A stretch of DNA of 64,000 nucleotides from Bispira polyomma (lineage: Eukaryota): contig OZ287756.1 in NCBI GenBank assembly GCA_965649765.1, positions 5,394,001 through 5,458,000 on the forward strand, written 5' to 3'. Below the pieces are notes generated by a model. It did no database searches and was not told where the DNA came from. It saw only the letters and a program-made list of their open reading frames with translations. The translations under genes and the position numbers were made by a program. Shown here one piece after another: positions 53,870-64,000 of this stretch; the first letter of the stretch is position 1, and every line of letters begins with the position of its first letter.

Positions 53870-54912
53870 TCAGTCACTCCACAAAAACCTAGTATCATTT
53901 AAAAGGTTAGCTAGTGAAGTTTTTGTGGCTTGATAAAACTGGTCCAGAAGTTCTTTAGTCTCTGGAAGCATAGCCATAGGCGAATTGGACTTGTTTTTGA
54001 CTGAAGCAGAGGAAATGGCACCTTTTACTGTGTATTTATAAGGTGGCAATCCTAAAAATGGTAGAACATGCTTTTCAATATAGTTAGCAGGTTCCTTGCT
54101 ATAGTCTTCAAACCGGAGGAACAGAAAATTTTCCCTTGGAATGATCTCTAACCAGTCTTTTATGTAAAGATCATACATGCTGACTCTCAAACGGTCTGCT
54201 GAATTCTTTTCCCACCCATACAGCGACTGGCAAGCTACGCCAGTTTCATACGGACACTTCCTTATTTTACGAGCTCTAGTTTTATCTATTATGCATGCTT
54301 CAAAGCCAAGTTCTGGTAGTCCTTCAGGAGCTTTTCCATATGCACAGGCCCTCTTGGAAGCCCCCATATGCTGTGTACAATTGTTCCACCAATCAATTGC
54401 ATCAACCACTTTACTATGGAACACTTTAGGGGTTTGTTTTCCTCTGTAGTAAAACTTAAAGTCCGACAGGAGCCTATTGGTTGGATTTCTTAAAGTAACA
54501 ATAATTTTAGCATTTGGGTTGACATGATGCAACTTGTGTGGCAGTAATACAACAGGCTCTTTCAGTAGCATATTAGAAGGATCCTCATTCCAAGTGTCAC
54601 CATGCCATATAGTTCTTGGTGTGGAATCTCCGTATAGAAGGTTCCTGAAATCATCTACATATGTGTCGGCCGCGGAACTGCTGCCATATTTGGAAAAGCT
54701 TTCCACTATATTCTCACTGCTGTATAGGTTGAAATAAGAGTCAAAGGTGTTGTTCAGCCTAAAATACATGTTATCCCAAAAATGTGCTTCCTTTAGTGAT
54801 TTTTTTACTCTCCAGCCACCTGACTTAGTTGGAAATTTTTTGTATCCACCTCTGATCAATCTATGAGCTGACAATCGTTTGTATGTATCAGAGGTCCCAC
54901 ACTTAGTAAAAC
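53870..54912 (-). CDS. CHST15: carbohydrate sulfotransferase 15-like (GalNAc4S-6ST family), terminal catalytic exon 3
   Basis: Acceptor tttcaaAG|GT at 54914-54913, phase 1. Splicing rebuilds the 5'-PSB loop CIPYFYIAG-FTKCGTSD; also KEAHFW, 3'-PB LRNPTNRLLSDF, DWLEIIPRENFLFLRFEDY, LDQFY...FLW*. The symbol is family-level, not proven orthology. Confidence 0.9.
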
Positions 54913-55599
54913 CTTTGAAATAAAATCATACATATGATAAAAGTATGTTGACTTGTGCAAGTTTATCAATATTTAAGAACTCAAAAACTTATTTTGTACT
55001 TTAGTAATTAGTACTTTTAATGTAAATCAATAGCTTGAACAATAGTAAATCGTATTTTTATTCAAATTTAGACAGTGTATGTAGCTACCTTTACCTCGTA
55101 TTCAAAGTGCTAATTAGCAATTTTATTGACTGTTGAAAGTCCACCAGCATCAGTTAACGATCATTCTGAAAGTTGAAGAGAGAGGCTTTCGAATGACAAT
55201 TTATCAATATACCCAAGGATCTTTAGCGGGCCAATGGAGATAGGATCCAGTAACAAAAAATCTCCATTTTAAGTGGTCATCTGAGGCACTAGGCAAAGGC
55301 ATGTTCATATCTTGCCAAAGAATATTATTCTTTTAATAAAGACCAAACTAACAAACAATCGTACCTGCAATTAGCAGTAGGCAAACTAGTGACCTTCCGA
55401 TCACCAGACTAAACCTAACCAGGAGTCAAACTGGGGTCCTGCTGATCATAAGACAAACTCCATAATCACTGTACCATGGAAAACCACAATGGCTTGAGTA
55501 CTACGCTCATATTGATATAGAATGATATTACAGATTTTCATTTATAAAACTTTTTAGAGACAATGTTGTTTTAAGTTAAAACAATAGTTTAATACATAC

Positions 55600-55881
55600 C
55601 TGCTATATAGAAATATGGTATACATCTTATTTCAAAATCTTTTTGGATGGCAACTGTAATATTGATGTTGCCAACATTCACATTTTTGTTGGTCACTGGG
55701 AAACAAGGATTTTTGACATCCTTAAGAAACATCACTGGTTTTGTATGTAAGACATCATCTTGATCTGGACGGGTACTTAACAACTCACTTATATTGATAA
55801 AAGCTGGTCCGTTAAAAGTTACATCTTTTGCAGCAGTAGCATTGATCAGGTGGGTACTGGTTGAATAGTAAGATGATGTTT
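55600..55881 (-). CDS. CHST15: CHST15-like sulfotransferase exon 2 (stem region)
   Basis: tttgcAG|AA...GCAG|GTATGT, 282 bp, phase 1-1; contains KNPCF and RCIPYFYIAG. Confidence 0.88.
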
Positions 55882-57491
55882 CTGCAAATAGAAAATAGCA
55901 CAATTAAGCAAAAGCATAGACAGATCTAGGATTCTGCAAAGGGGGGGGGGGGGGTTCGCCCCCAGAATATATTGTTAGATTCATGTTCCCTTAATAACTT
56001 TTTATTAAAGTTAGGGTTATACATTCACACAAAGGTCTTAATGTTCACTGGTCTTAGTCTGAACTCAAAAACAGTAGCACTCACTCTTTTGTTTAGTGTT
56101 AACTTTAATTCTAAGACTAACAGTAGGCAGTCTTAAATATTTTAGACATAATTGTTAGGCTTAATACTAAGTTAAGACTATGACCTTTGTGAATCTGGAC
56201 CCAGGGCAAATTGAAAGAATTTGATCCATTGGTCTATTTTTTATGGACTCGAAAGGGTAAGTAACACTAAATAAACTAAGTGCCCTTAATCACCATAGAA
56301 AATACTATAATTTCATAGAAAAAAAAACAGTTGTTGTCTGTATTATCAAGCTGACAGACAGGATACAATGCATTATCTATTGACAGGAAATATTCACAGT
56401 TGTGCAATCATATAAACAATCACCACCTAAACTCACAGATTTACTGGCAAGTAATTGATCTTTCATCTGGTTTTGTTTTTTTGTTACATGTATATTTACA
56501 ACATTTGATGTTTTTGTAACTGTCTTTCTTGAAAATAATGTTACATTTGTTTGTAAATATTATATTTAATCTTAGATCATAGACAACTTGCTATTATTGA
56601 GTGTGGTTAAGTGATCGTGGGAGCGTGCATAGCTTATAATAAGCAATAACTAATACCTCTGCAAATCTGTATTTTACTGGACTGATATTTTCGGTGAAGC
56701 TCAAAAAGGGTTTAATCTTAGATGTTGGTCAGTGCTGGTATACTCCAAAGAAACTCAAGCCCATACTCTAACTCCAATCTGGATTCTCTATATCCCTGGA
56801 TATAGTAGTCATATTCAACATCCGACTTCATCTTTGAATTTTGTTTTGAAATCTCTACTAAACCTCTGGATCCCTAGGTTGTTGTTCCAAGGACCTATGT
56901 CTATCAGCAAGCACTAGACACCCCCAAAATTATGTTTTACCTCAGTTTTGTGCAATAAGAAATTGTTAAGAACAGTAGACTCAAATTACGTGTAAATCTC
57001 TATTACCTATCTGTAACCTATTATTTAAAAATTTCGTTCAGTTCCCAGAGATTTTTCTTGTGGTTGAAAGTCAAATGAATGGTTAAAAGTAGATGTTATT
57101 GTCATGTACAATGATTTAGAAGACTAGGGCTGAAATTTACACAGATTCTAACTCTTATTTTTTTTTCTTAAGCAATTTGATAGGCTGGAAATATTTCTTT
57201 CAAAGAATATGATTGGCTGAGAGTAGGAAAAATTCTAGGAATTGCATTCTAAGAATGTTTGTGAATACATCCTAGAAATTCAAAATTTAAAAAACCTGCA
57301 AAGTCTTTAATTTAGCAAATTACCACTTTTTTCACGGGTGACAACTAATTTTGCTTATTTTTTTTAATGAAATGATAACTACATCATAACAAATTCACCT
57401 GTCAATCCATTGCTATACCAAACTCTTGATAAAATTTATCAATTAAAATAAGCTGTGTCCAAGTCTAACTGTTATAAGCAAATATCCTTAC

Positions 57492-57642
57492 CTTTGCTAT
57501 CCCATACTTCAACTAGAGGTGAGCCTGTTGTGATTAGTGAGTCTATGCCATATATGTGTACATATCCACCAAATATGCATGTTATAACCAAACCTGCAAG
57601 AACAGCAGTACAGTGGCTCGTGCCTGTACAGTGACGCTTCAT
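57492..57642 (-). CDS. CHST15: CHST15-like sulfotransferase first coding exon (type II membrane anchor)
   Basis: MKRHCTGTSHCTAVLAGLVITCIFGGYVHIYGIDSLITTGSPLVEVWDSK then G|GTAAGG, phase 1; in-frame stop just upstream of the ATG. Total CDS 151+282+1043 = 1476 nt, 491 aa. Confidence 0.8.
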
Positions 57643-59224
57643 TGTTTAAAGCACTTTCATTGTTTGAAGCTTTGCAAATACATTGACATATTGATGTGAA
57701 TATTTTTGTACTCATTATTAAAGGATTCCATTTTTAATCAACATTAGACAAACATGATGTGTTTTTCTTTTTAAAAAATCAATCTACCTGATTTTGTGAA
57801 TACACAATTTAGTATAGGATTGTTCACTGTTCTTATATTAATATAAATTTACAATCCATTGTAAGACACTGCACTGTTTTCAGTCAACTGGGAAATAAAC
57901 CAAACTGAATTACAATTTGAGATTTGACTTCTAAACCTTACACAAAATTTATTTTTATTGATGAAATATATTTCTGCAATGCAATAGTGTATAATGTTGC
58001 TGTACAGGTAGCTGACACAGCAGTTTTTAATGAAATATTTAGTCATATGTATAATAGAGGTCCCATCAGCATATTTTCACTATATAATTACCTTAATTAT
58101 TCAAGCTATTGTCTTATGAAGATCCATTCATCCGTTAAACTGGTAGCCAAACGTTTTAAAAATGAAATGGTAGGATTTAAGGTATTTCCTTAAAACAAAA
58201 CGTTTTGGAAACAAAATTTATACCCTAAAGCAAACCATATCATTTTCTGACACTATTTAAATATCATCTGCCCATCACTAAAGTATTTTAAAAAATTAAT
58301 AAAGATTTTTTCACAATGGGACAATTAAGAAAGTTCTAACAAGGTGAAAGCTAAAGACAATCACTCTGAAATAGAATTTGAATTTAGATGGAGTGAATTA
58401 TCTATTTTTCAGATTTTTGGATTATGTCTCTTTCCTGGATGTATTATAGATGTTCAGCTCTTTCTTGGGTGTGTTATAGATGTTCAGCTGATTTCAAAGT
58501 TAGTGCAGAGCTATCAAAACAAAATGTGGTCACTTCTGTGAAAGGATTACTGAAGATATGTTATGATAATATCTATTACCTCGATTTAAATGATAAACTA
58601 TTACCTAAAACCTTACAAGTTTCTTGTTATCACTATTGTATATATAATATTAATTGGTAGATTAAACAGAAAAATAACAAAAAAATGATACACCATCTAG
58701 GAAAAGAAATAAGCTGAAAGAAAAATGACAACAAGGAGAGATCATATATATGCCAAGACAATGGCAATGAGAAAAGATGGTAAATTATGTATGTGCTTTG
58801 ATCATTATAGACTTCGTTGGGTGAATATAAATACTTACAATTTATACATATTGCGATTACGATCAGGTGATTTAATAACTCTAGATACGATTCAAAAAGG
58901 AATGGATATATTTAATCAATTATTTAGATTTGAATATAATCTTAGCGTGAAAACATTGCAGGATATATGTGCTGAACAAATATATTACACAGGGGATTAA
59001 AATATGACTATTTTATTCACAGTATCCCATTAGAGAAGTTTTAAATTGGTATAATGAATGGGATGCGCATGCTTTCTTGATAAGGCATAAGGATAATTTA
59101 TTTTTATTTATGATATTCTTATAGTTGCTTTGGATCATAATTCTTTCGGTTTCCAATGACTGGTTTGGATTGATACGGGAATTTCACCTATCAGTGTTCA
59201 CACGTACCCAAGTCCATCAGTCTA

Positions 59225-59402
59225 ATATTTACGGAAGGTAACCATACATTTAACCACACATATAGGAAAGATAGCGCCATTAGCGTCCATATCCATAAAA
59301 GCTTTCAGACCCATCTTATAGAGATACAGATGGTACTTATGTAAATCGGTTGTGTTTTGCTATATGTGGGGTTAACTGTAAGGTTACCTCCTACGAATAT
59401 AA
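59225..59402. mobile_element. MITE-like element with ~40-bp imperfect inverted repeats
   Basis: atatttacggaaggtaaccatacatttaaccacacatatag pairs with ctatatgtggggttaactgtaaggttacctcctacgaatat. Confidence 0.55.
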
Positions 59403-59407
59403 GGACA

Positions 59408-59836
59408 ACCATGACTGTTTCAGTTTCCCATGAGTGATTTAGACCATGACTCCTCCAGTTTCCAATGGGCGATTTAGACCATGATTCTTTCAGTTTCCAA
59501 TGAGTGGTTTAAACCATGACTGTTTCAGTTTCCCATGAGTGATTTAGACCATGACTCCTACAGTTTCCAATGGGCGATTTGGACCATGACTCTTTCAGTT
59601 ACCAATAAGTGGTTTAAACCACGACTCTTTCAGTTTCCAATGAGTGATTAAGACCATGACTGTTTCAGTTCCCCCATGAATGATTTGGACCATAACTCCT
59701 TCAGTTACCAATGGCCAGTTTAGACCATGACTTTTTCAGTTTCCAATGAGTGATTTAAACCATGACTCTTTCAGTTTCCCATGAGTGATTTAGATCATGA
59801 CTCCTTCAGTTTCCAATGGGCGATTTAGACCATGAC
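59408..59836. repeat. 35-bp minisatellite, ~12 copies
   Basis: ACCATGAC at 59408, 59443 and onward; same family as 51310-51900. Confidence 0.9.
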
Positions 59837-59869
59837 TACCCAACGGGTAGTAGTTTAACAAGTAATATA

Positions 59870-61296
59870 TCTATATTATCTGTGGCTAAACAAATTTCTG
59901 ACCACCTTAATAGACAAAACATTGAAAATCGCCACCAGTCTGCTTATAGAAAATTTCACTCTACAGAAAGTGCCCTTTTTCCATCAGCAATGATGTCAAT
60001 CTTGCACTGGACCGCAACAACACAGTGGCCCTCACCCTTCTGGATCTCTCAGCTGCATTCGACACTATTGATCATGTCCTGCTCTGCGACACTCTCAAGC
60101 AGTGGTTCAGTATAAATGGCAGTGTCCTTAAATGGATCAGATCCTATCTTACTCTTAGGGCACAAAGAATTAAACTAGATGATCACCTATCATCTTCCAT
60201 AAAACTTCCATATGGAGTACCCCAGGGATCCGCCCTTGGTCCTCTACTTTTCATCCTTTATACACATCCTCTCAGCACTGTCATCAATAAACACAATATA
60301 AAACACCACATGTATGCAGACGACACTCAAGTCTATTTCTCCCTCAATCCACAAAACTCAGATACTAACATAGACGTACTTGCAGACTGTCTGTCTGATG
60401 TTCAGGCGTGGATGAACTACTCCAAACTAAAGCTTAACCCTGACAAAACAGAATTCATCCTCATAGGAAACAAGAAAAACAGTGAACTCCTAAAATCTTT
60501 GTTTCCCATCTCCCTGCTGGGAAAAGACATACTACCTTCCGAAAATGCTAAAAACCTGGGTGTCACTTTTGATTCAGCTTTTGCGTTTGATACTCATGTT
60601 GCCAACATCTGTCGCTCCTGCTATTACCACATACGCGACATCAAAAGAATCAGAAACCACTTGTCCATGGACACAGCGATAATTGTGGCAAATGCCCTTG
60701 TAAGTAGCCGCCTCGACTACTGCAATTCTCTCTTGTACGAAGCAAATAAGTCAAACATTAAAAAGCTCCAGTCCATCCAAAACTACCTATGTAGGGTCAT
60801 TTTTCGCCTGGGTTGTCGCACAGACGGTACTACTTACCTCAAAAAATTACACTGGTTGCCCATTAAATCTCGAATTTTGTTTAAAATTCACGTTACCACT
60901 TTTAAGGCTGTAATCACTCAACAGCCACCCTACCTTGCCTCCCTTCTTTCCTTTAGTAACCGCAAGAGAGGCAACAGACTCTCTGTCACTTCGGTCAGAC
61001 CAATCAGAAAGGCGGGTTTCAGAGCGTTCTCCACCGCAGCTCCACGGTTATGGAACAGTCTCCCAGTTGACCTCAGATCAGTTGACACACTTATCGGTTT
61101 TAGGAAAAAGCTGAAAACCTATCTATTTCATCTTGCCTACCCACCTTAGCTTTCCTCGTGCACGCTCCCACTTCCTTCCTTACGACTCTGCAATTTCCAT
61201 GGACTTAATGATTGGACTAATGATTCTGCTGTTGCGCTTTAGAAGATGCCTAGCATCAATAAAGCGTGTTAAAAATCTATAATAATAAATAATAAT
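59870..61296 (+). mobile_element. 5'-truncated L2-clade (CR1 group) LINE with open RT C-terminal ORF 60025-61149
   Basis: QSAYRKFHSTESAL (frameshift) LLDLSAAFDTIDH, GVPQGSALGPLLF, YADDTQ, LKLNPDKTE, SRLDYCNSLL, LHWLP, FRKKLKTYLF; (TAA)n-like tail. Confidence 0.92.
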
Positions 61297-62982
61297 ATTT
61301 ATTCAAAACAGGATTATGTGGTGTCACATTTCACATTCCCCAGGCATGTGGATTTCTATTTATATGAATGAAGAAGTACCTGGACCTTTTTTAAAAAACA
61401 TATTGCTGACCAACACTGTCAACACCTCTGTAACTTGATGATAAATAGTTTAGACACCCCAGAGAGCTATGTAAACCCAAGTAAATTCAAATTCAAATAT
61501 ATGGTTGAATTATACAACCCCTATAAACATGATGGCCTGCTGAAAGACAACAATGAGGCATAATGTGGGAATTGACAAAGGTTTACAGCTTTGTATGTAG
61601 TAACGTTGGTCTTGAAATTGATGTGGTACTTGATAGGTAGCCGATGTAGTCTTTTGAGAAAAGGAGTCACAATGACACAAGATCCAACACAGCAGACAAC
61701 TCTGTCATTTTATCCTATTGTGTGTCGATCCTATTTTGATAATTTTGTGCAAGTTAATTATTTGTCTTGTTTGTGTCTTTCATGGCCCTTCTGCAAAGTT
61801 GAAATGTTGTGTTTTAGTTATTTATTTCACAATTTTAACTTATTTATTCTGTCAAATATAGGATTACAGATATAGGATCCACCAACAAATTAACTCAAAA
61901 CTTTGTCTTATATATGGGTCTCATTAACATGGATAGCCATCATAAACGCACAATGAATGTCTTTGCATCAGCCAGTAACAGTACTTTTCAATTTTGCTTC
62001 AGATTTGCCTACATTAGCAGCACTTTGTAACTTATTTTTGTAATTTTTTTTAAAATATCAGTGAGCATTATCGCGTGGTCACAAATGTTTTGAACTGTTT
62101 AAAACAATCATGGACAGATGCTCATTCATGAGGGTTGTTGGGGGAGTTGGCGGAGGGATATACATCCAGTCAGTAGCAGTTTGTGTTGGCTTGTTGTTTG
62201 TGCTGGCTTCTTTTGCAATAGTGTCAATTAGTAACAGTTAGTGACCTTTGGTTGCGATTAGTGATATTAATAGTGGGTATTCATTGATGTTCATTATGTC
62301 TTTGTTTCTCATTAGTGAGTATTAGTGGAGGTACATGTCAGTTCTGCGACATGTCTGTCACAGTTTCATTTTAAACGCGCCTCAACTTCATGGCAGTGCG
62401 GCTGATGGAAGGATTAAGGGGGTGACGGGGCAATCTATACGTGGTGTAACAGTCCGTTTGTGACGTTACGTGCCGCAACGAAGGGTCATGGGTGCATGTC
62501 TAAAAGAGACCAGGCCTTTAGTCTACCTAATTCCAGAGAAGTATTTAGGTGTTCTTACTGAGGTGACTAATGTAAGCCCTGCCGACAATGCACTGTAACA
62601 AGCAGTACCTGCTGAAATGTGCAGTACCAGAATGGCATCAATAAGTACCAGAGATATAGAATAAAAAATACCAAGAAAGGCAGGAAATACCATTAGGATA
62701 ATTGACCATAATTATTTTTTTTGAACACAAAATAATCAGGGAATCAAATTGAGGAATCAGAGGATGGGAGTAACTTTGGTAATTATTCGATTTTTTCAAG
62801 TAGAAACCACCCGAATGGCAATCAGTAAGTATTGGTTTAAAAAAGTGAATAGCATAAGCCCAACCAAAGGTGCCTGCTGCATGTATGTGAAGCTGTATAT
62901 ATCTAAATCTGTTACACAGGATCAAGTACATCTTGTAAAAGTGTTACGTTATGCCTGCTGTCTTTTTCTTGATGAAATTTGA

Positions 62983-63205
62983 TTATTTGGGTTTTACATC
63001 ACTTTTATCAGCTTTGGTCATATTGCGATGGCCAGGATTTATGGTGGGGGAAAACTGTGCTGAAACCACTGTAAACCACTGACCTACGGCAAGTACTTGA
63101 CAAACTATCTCACATGAAGAAGGAATCTGTGGGATTTGATCACAAGAGGTGAGAGTCCAGTGATTTTGAAGCATACGCTTATAACCACTAGACCACCGTG
63201 GCCCC
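62983..63205 (-). mobile_element. tRNA-derived SINE, probably Meta/MESC-domain type
   Basis: Minus strand GGGGCCACGGTGGTCTAGTGG (A box), degenerate B box GATCAAATCCC, core CATGTGAGATAGTTTGTCAAGTACTTGCCGTAGGTCAGTGGTTT. Decayed relatives at ~52520-52670 and ~8860-8930. Confidence 0.7.
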
Positions 63206-63317
63206 TTTTTATGATCAAATCCCGATAGCCTCTGTAGGTGCCTTCGACTATGAATCATGGTAAAATTCTGCATATACCATGGTTTGTCGTGGGTTATTCT
63301 GTTCTAACATGGCAAAA

Positions 63318-63830
63318 TAACAAGATCTGAATGCCCGAATGCTCAGGTATATCGTCAGCTTCCTTCTTATCGATCACCTTTCTGAATCCAGTTGGACCTT
63401 GAACCTTATCACTGAGACTATTGACTCATACAAAAATACCCGTCAGTTCAATGGCTTTACATGTGACATTTTTTGACCTACAACACAAAAACGGTAAATT
63501 TACCCAACTTCACTTTAATCCAAGCTCAAAAATCAAACTCGACCAGTGCATTAGATTATGTGATCCTGGCTTCCCATATGCTCACAATACATTACATATC
63601 TCTAATCCCAATCGCTCTCTATCTCGCACTGTTTCCGAGATAACGGACATTTCATGTGGAAATTCAAGATGGCCGCCAAAATTAGAAAAATTTTGAAAAG
63701 TCATAGGTTTGAAACAAGATGCCGTGGGACCAAATTAGGCCTAAATCTTGCACTATTTCTGAGATAAAGGACATTAATGTTTTCATTGGCAATCTGTACA
63801 AATATTTTAAAATCTTAAAAATTCATACCG
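63318..63830. repeat. probable non-autonomous DNA/rolling-circle transposon fragment
   Basis: AACAAG start and repeated TATCTCGCACTGTTTCCGAGATA / TTCAAGATGGCCGCC motifs of a kind common in invertebrate interspersed repeats; ends not resolved. Confidence 0.35.
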
Positions 63831-64000
63831 TGAAAACTAAAAATCAGAGGAAAGTGCCATGGACAAATTTTAAGATACACGTGGCATTGTATATATATTC
63901 GAAATTACTGACTGATTATCAGGATGTCTATCAGGATGTCTGTGTCACCTGTAGTTTCAGAGATGTTGATACCCAGATCCAAAGGAATGACCCCCTATTT

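Noticed and set aside
48404-54912. Sulfotransferase sulfating the Tyr-rich peptide as a dedicated enzyme-substrate cluster
   Set aside because: Motifs are CHST15-like (glycan), not tyrosylprotein sulfotransferase; the duplicated copies decayed; adjacency alone is not evidence.
51310-59836. 35-bp and 50-bp arrays as CRISPR arrays or hammerhead retrozymes
   Set aside because: Head-to-tail units with no unique spacers, no cas genes, eukaryotic context; the minus-strand CTGAAAGA/GAAAC does not fit the CUGANGA core.
62983-63205. tRNA gene
   Set aside because: A/B boxes are followed by a SINE core; no complete cloverleaf.

Overview
AT-rich, intron-containing animal genomic DNA. A mollusc or other lophotrochozoan is likely, inferred from the SINE type and the CHST15-like gene. 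The main biology is a tandem array of three copies of a two-exon gene that the ORF track only half shows. It encodes a 137-aa secreted prepropeptide: signal peptide, acidic pro-region ending RDKR, a 64-aa domain with 9 Cys and 16-17 Tyr, and a PPX polyproline tail. The array lies tail-to-tail with an intact three-exon CHST15-like Golgi sulfotransferase (about 491 aa, minus strand). Positions ~0.4-48.5 kb are two near-identical copies of a ~20-kb unit. The junction falls inside the peptide exon, so the middle copy is a chimera (unequal crossover or a haplotype mis-join). Each unit carries a frameshifted orphan sulfotransferase exon, a dead L1/Tx1 LINE with a nested 3.25-kb TG...CA element, L2 fragments, a DIRS-like gag remnant and Harbinger-type MITEs. 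Only unit 2 carries a very young full-length Gmr1-type Gypsy element (IN before RT, tRNA-Pro PBS) and an L2-tailed SINE-like insertion.
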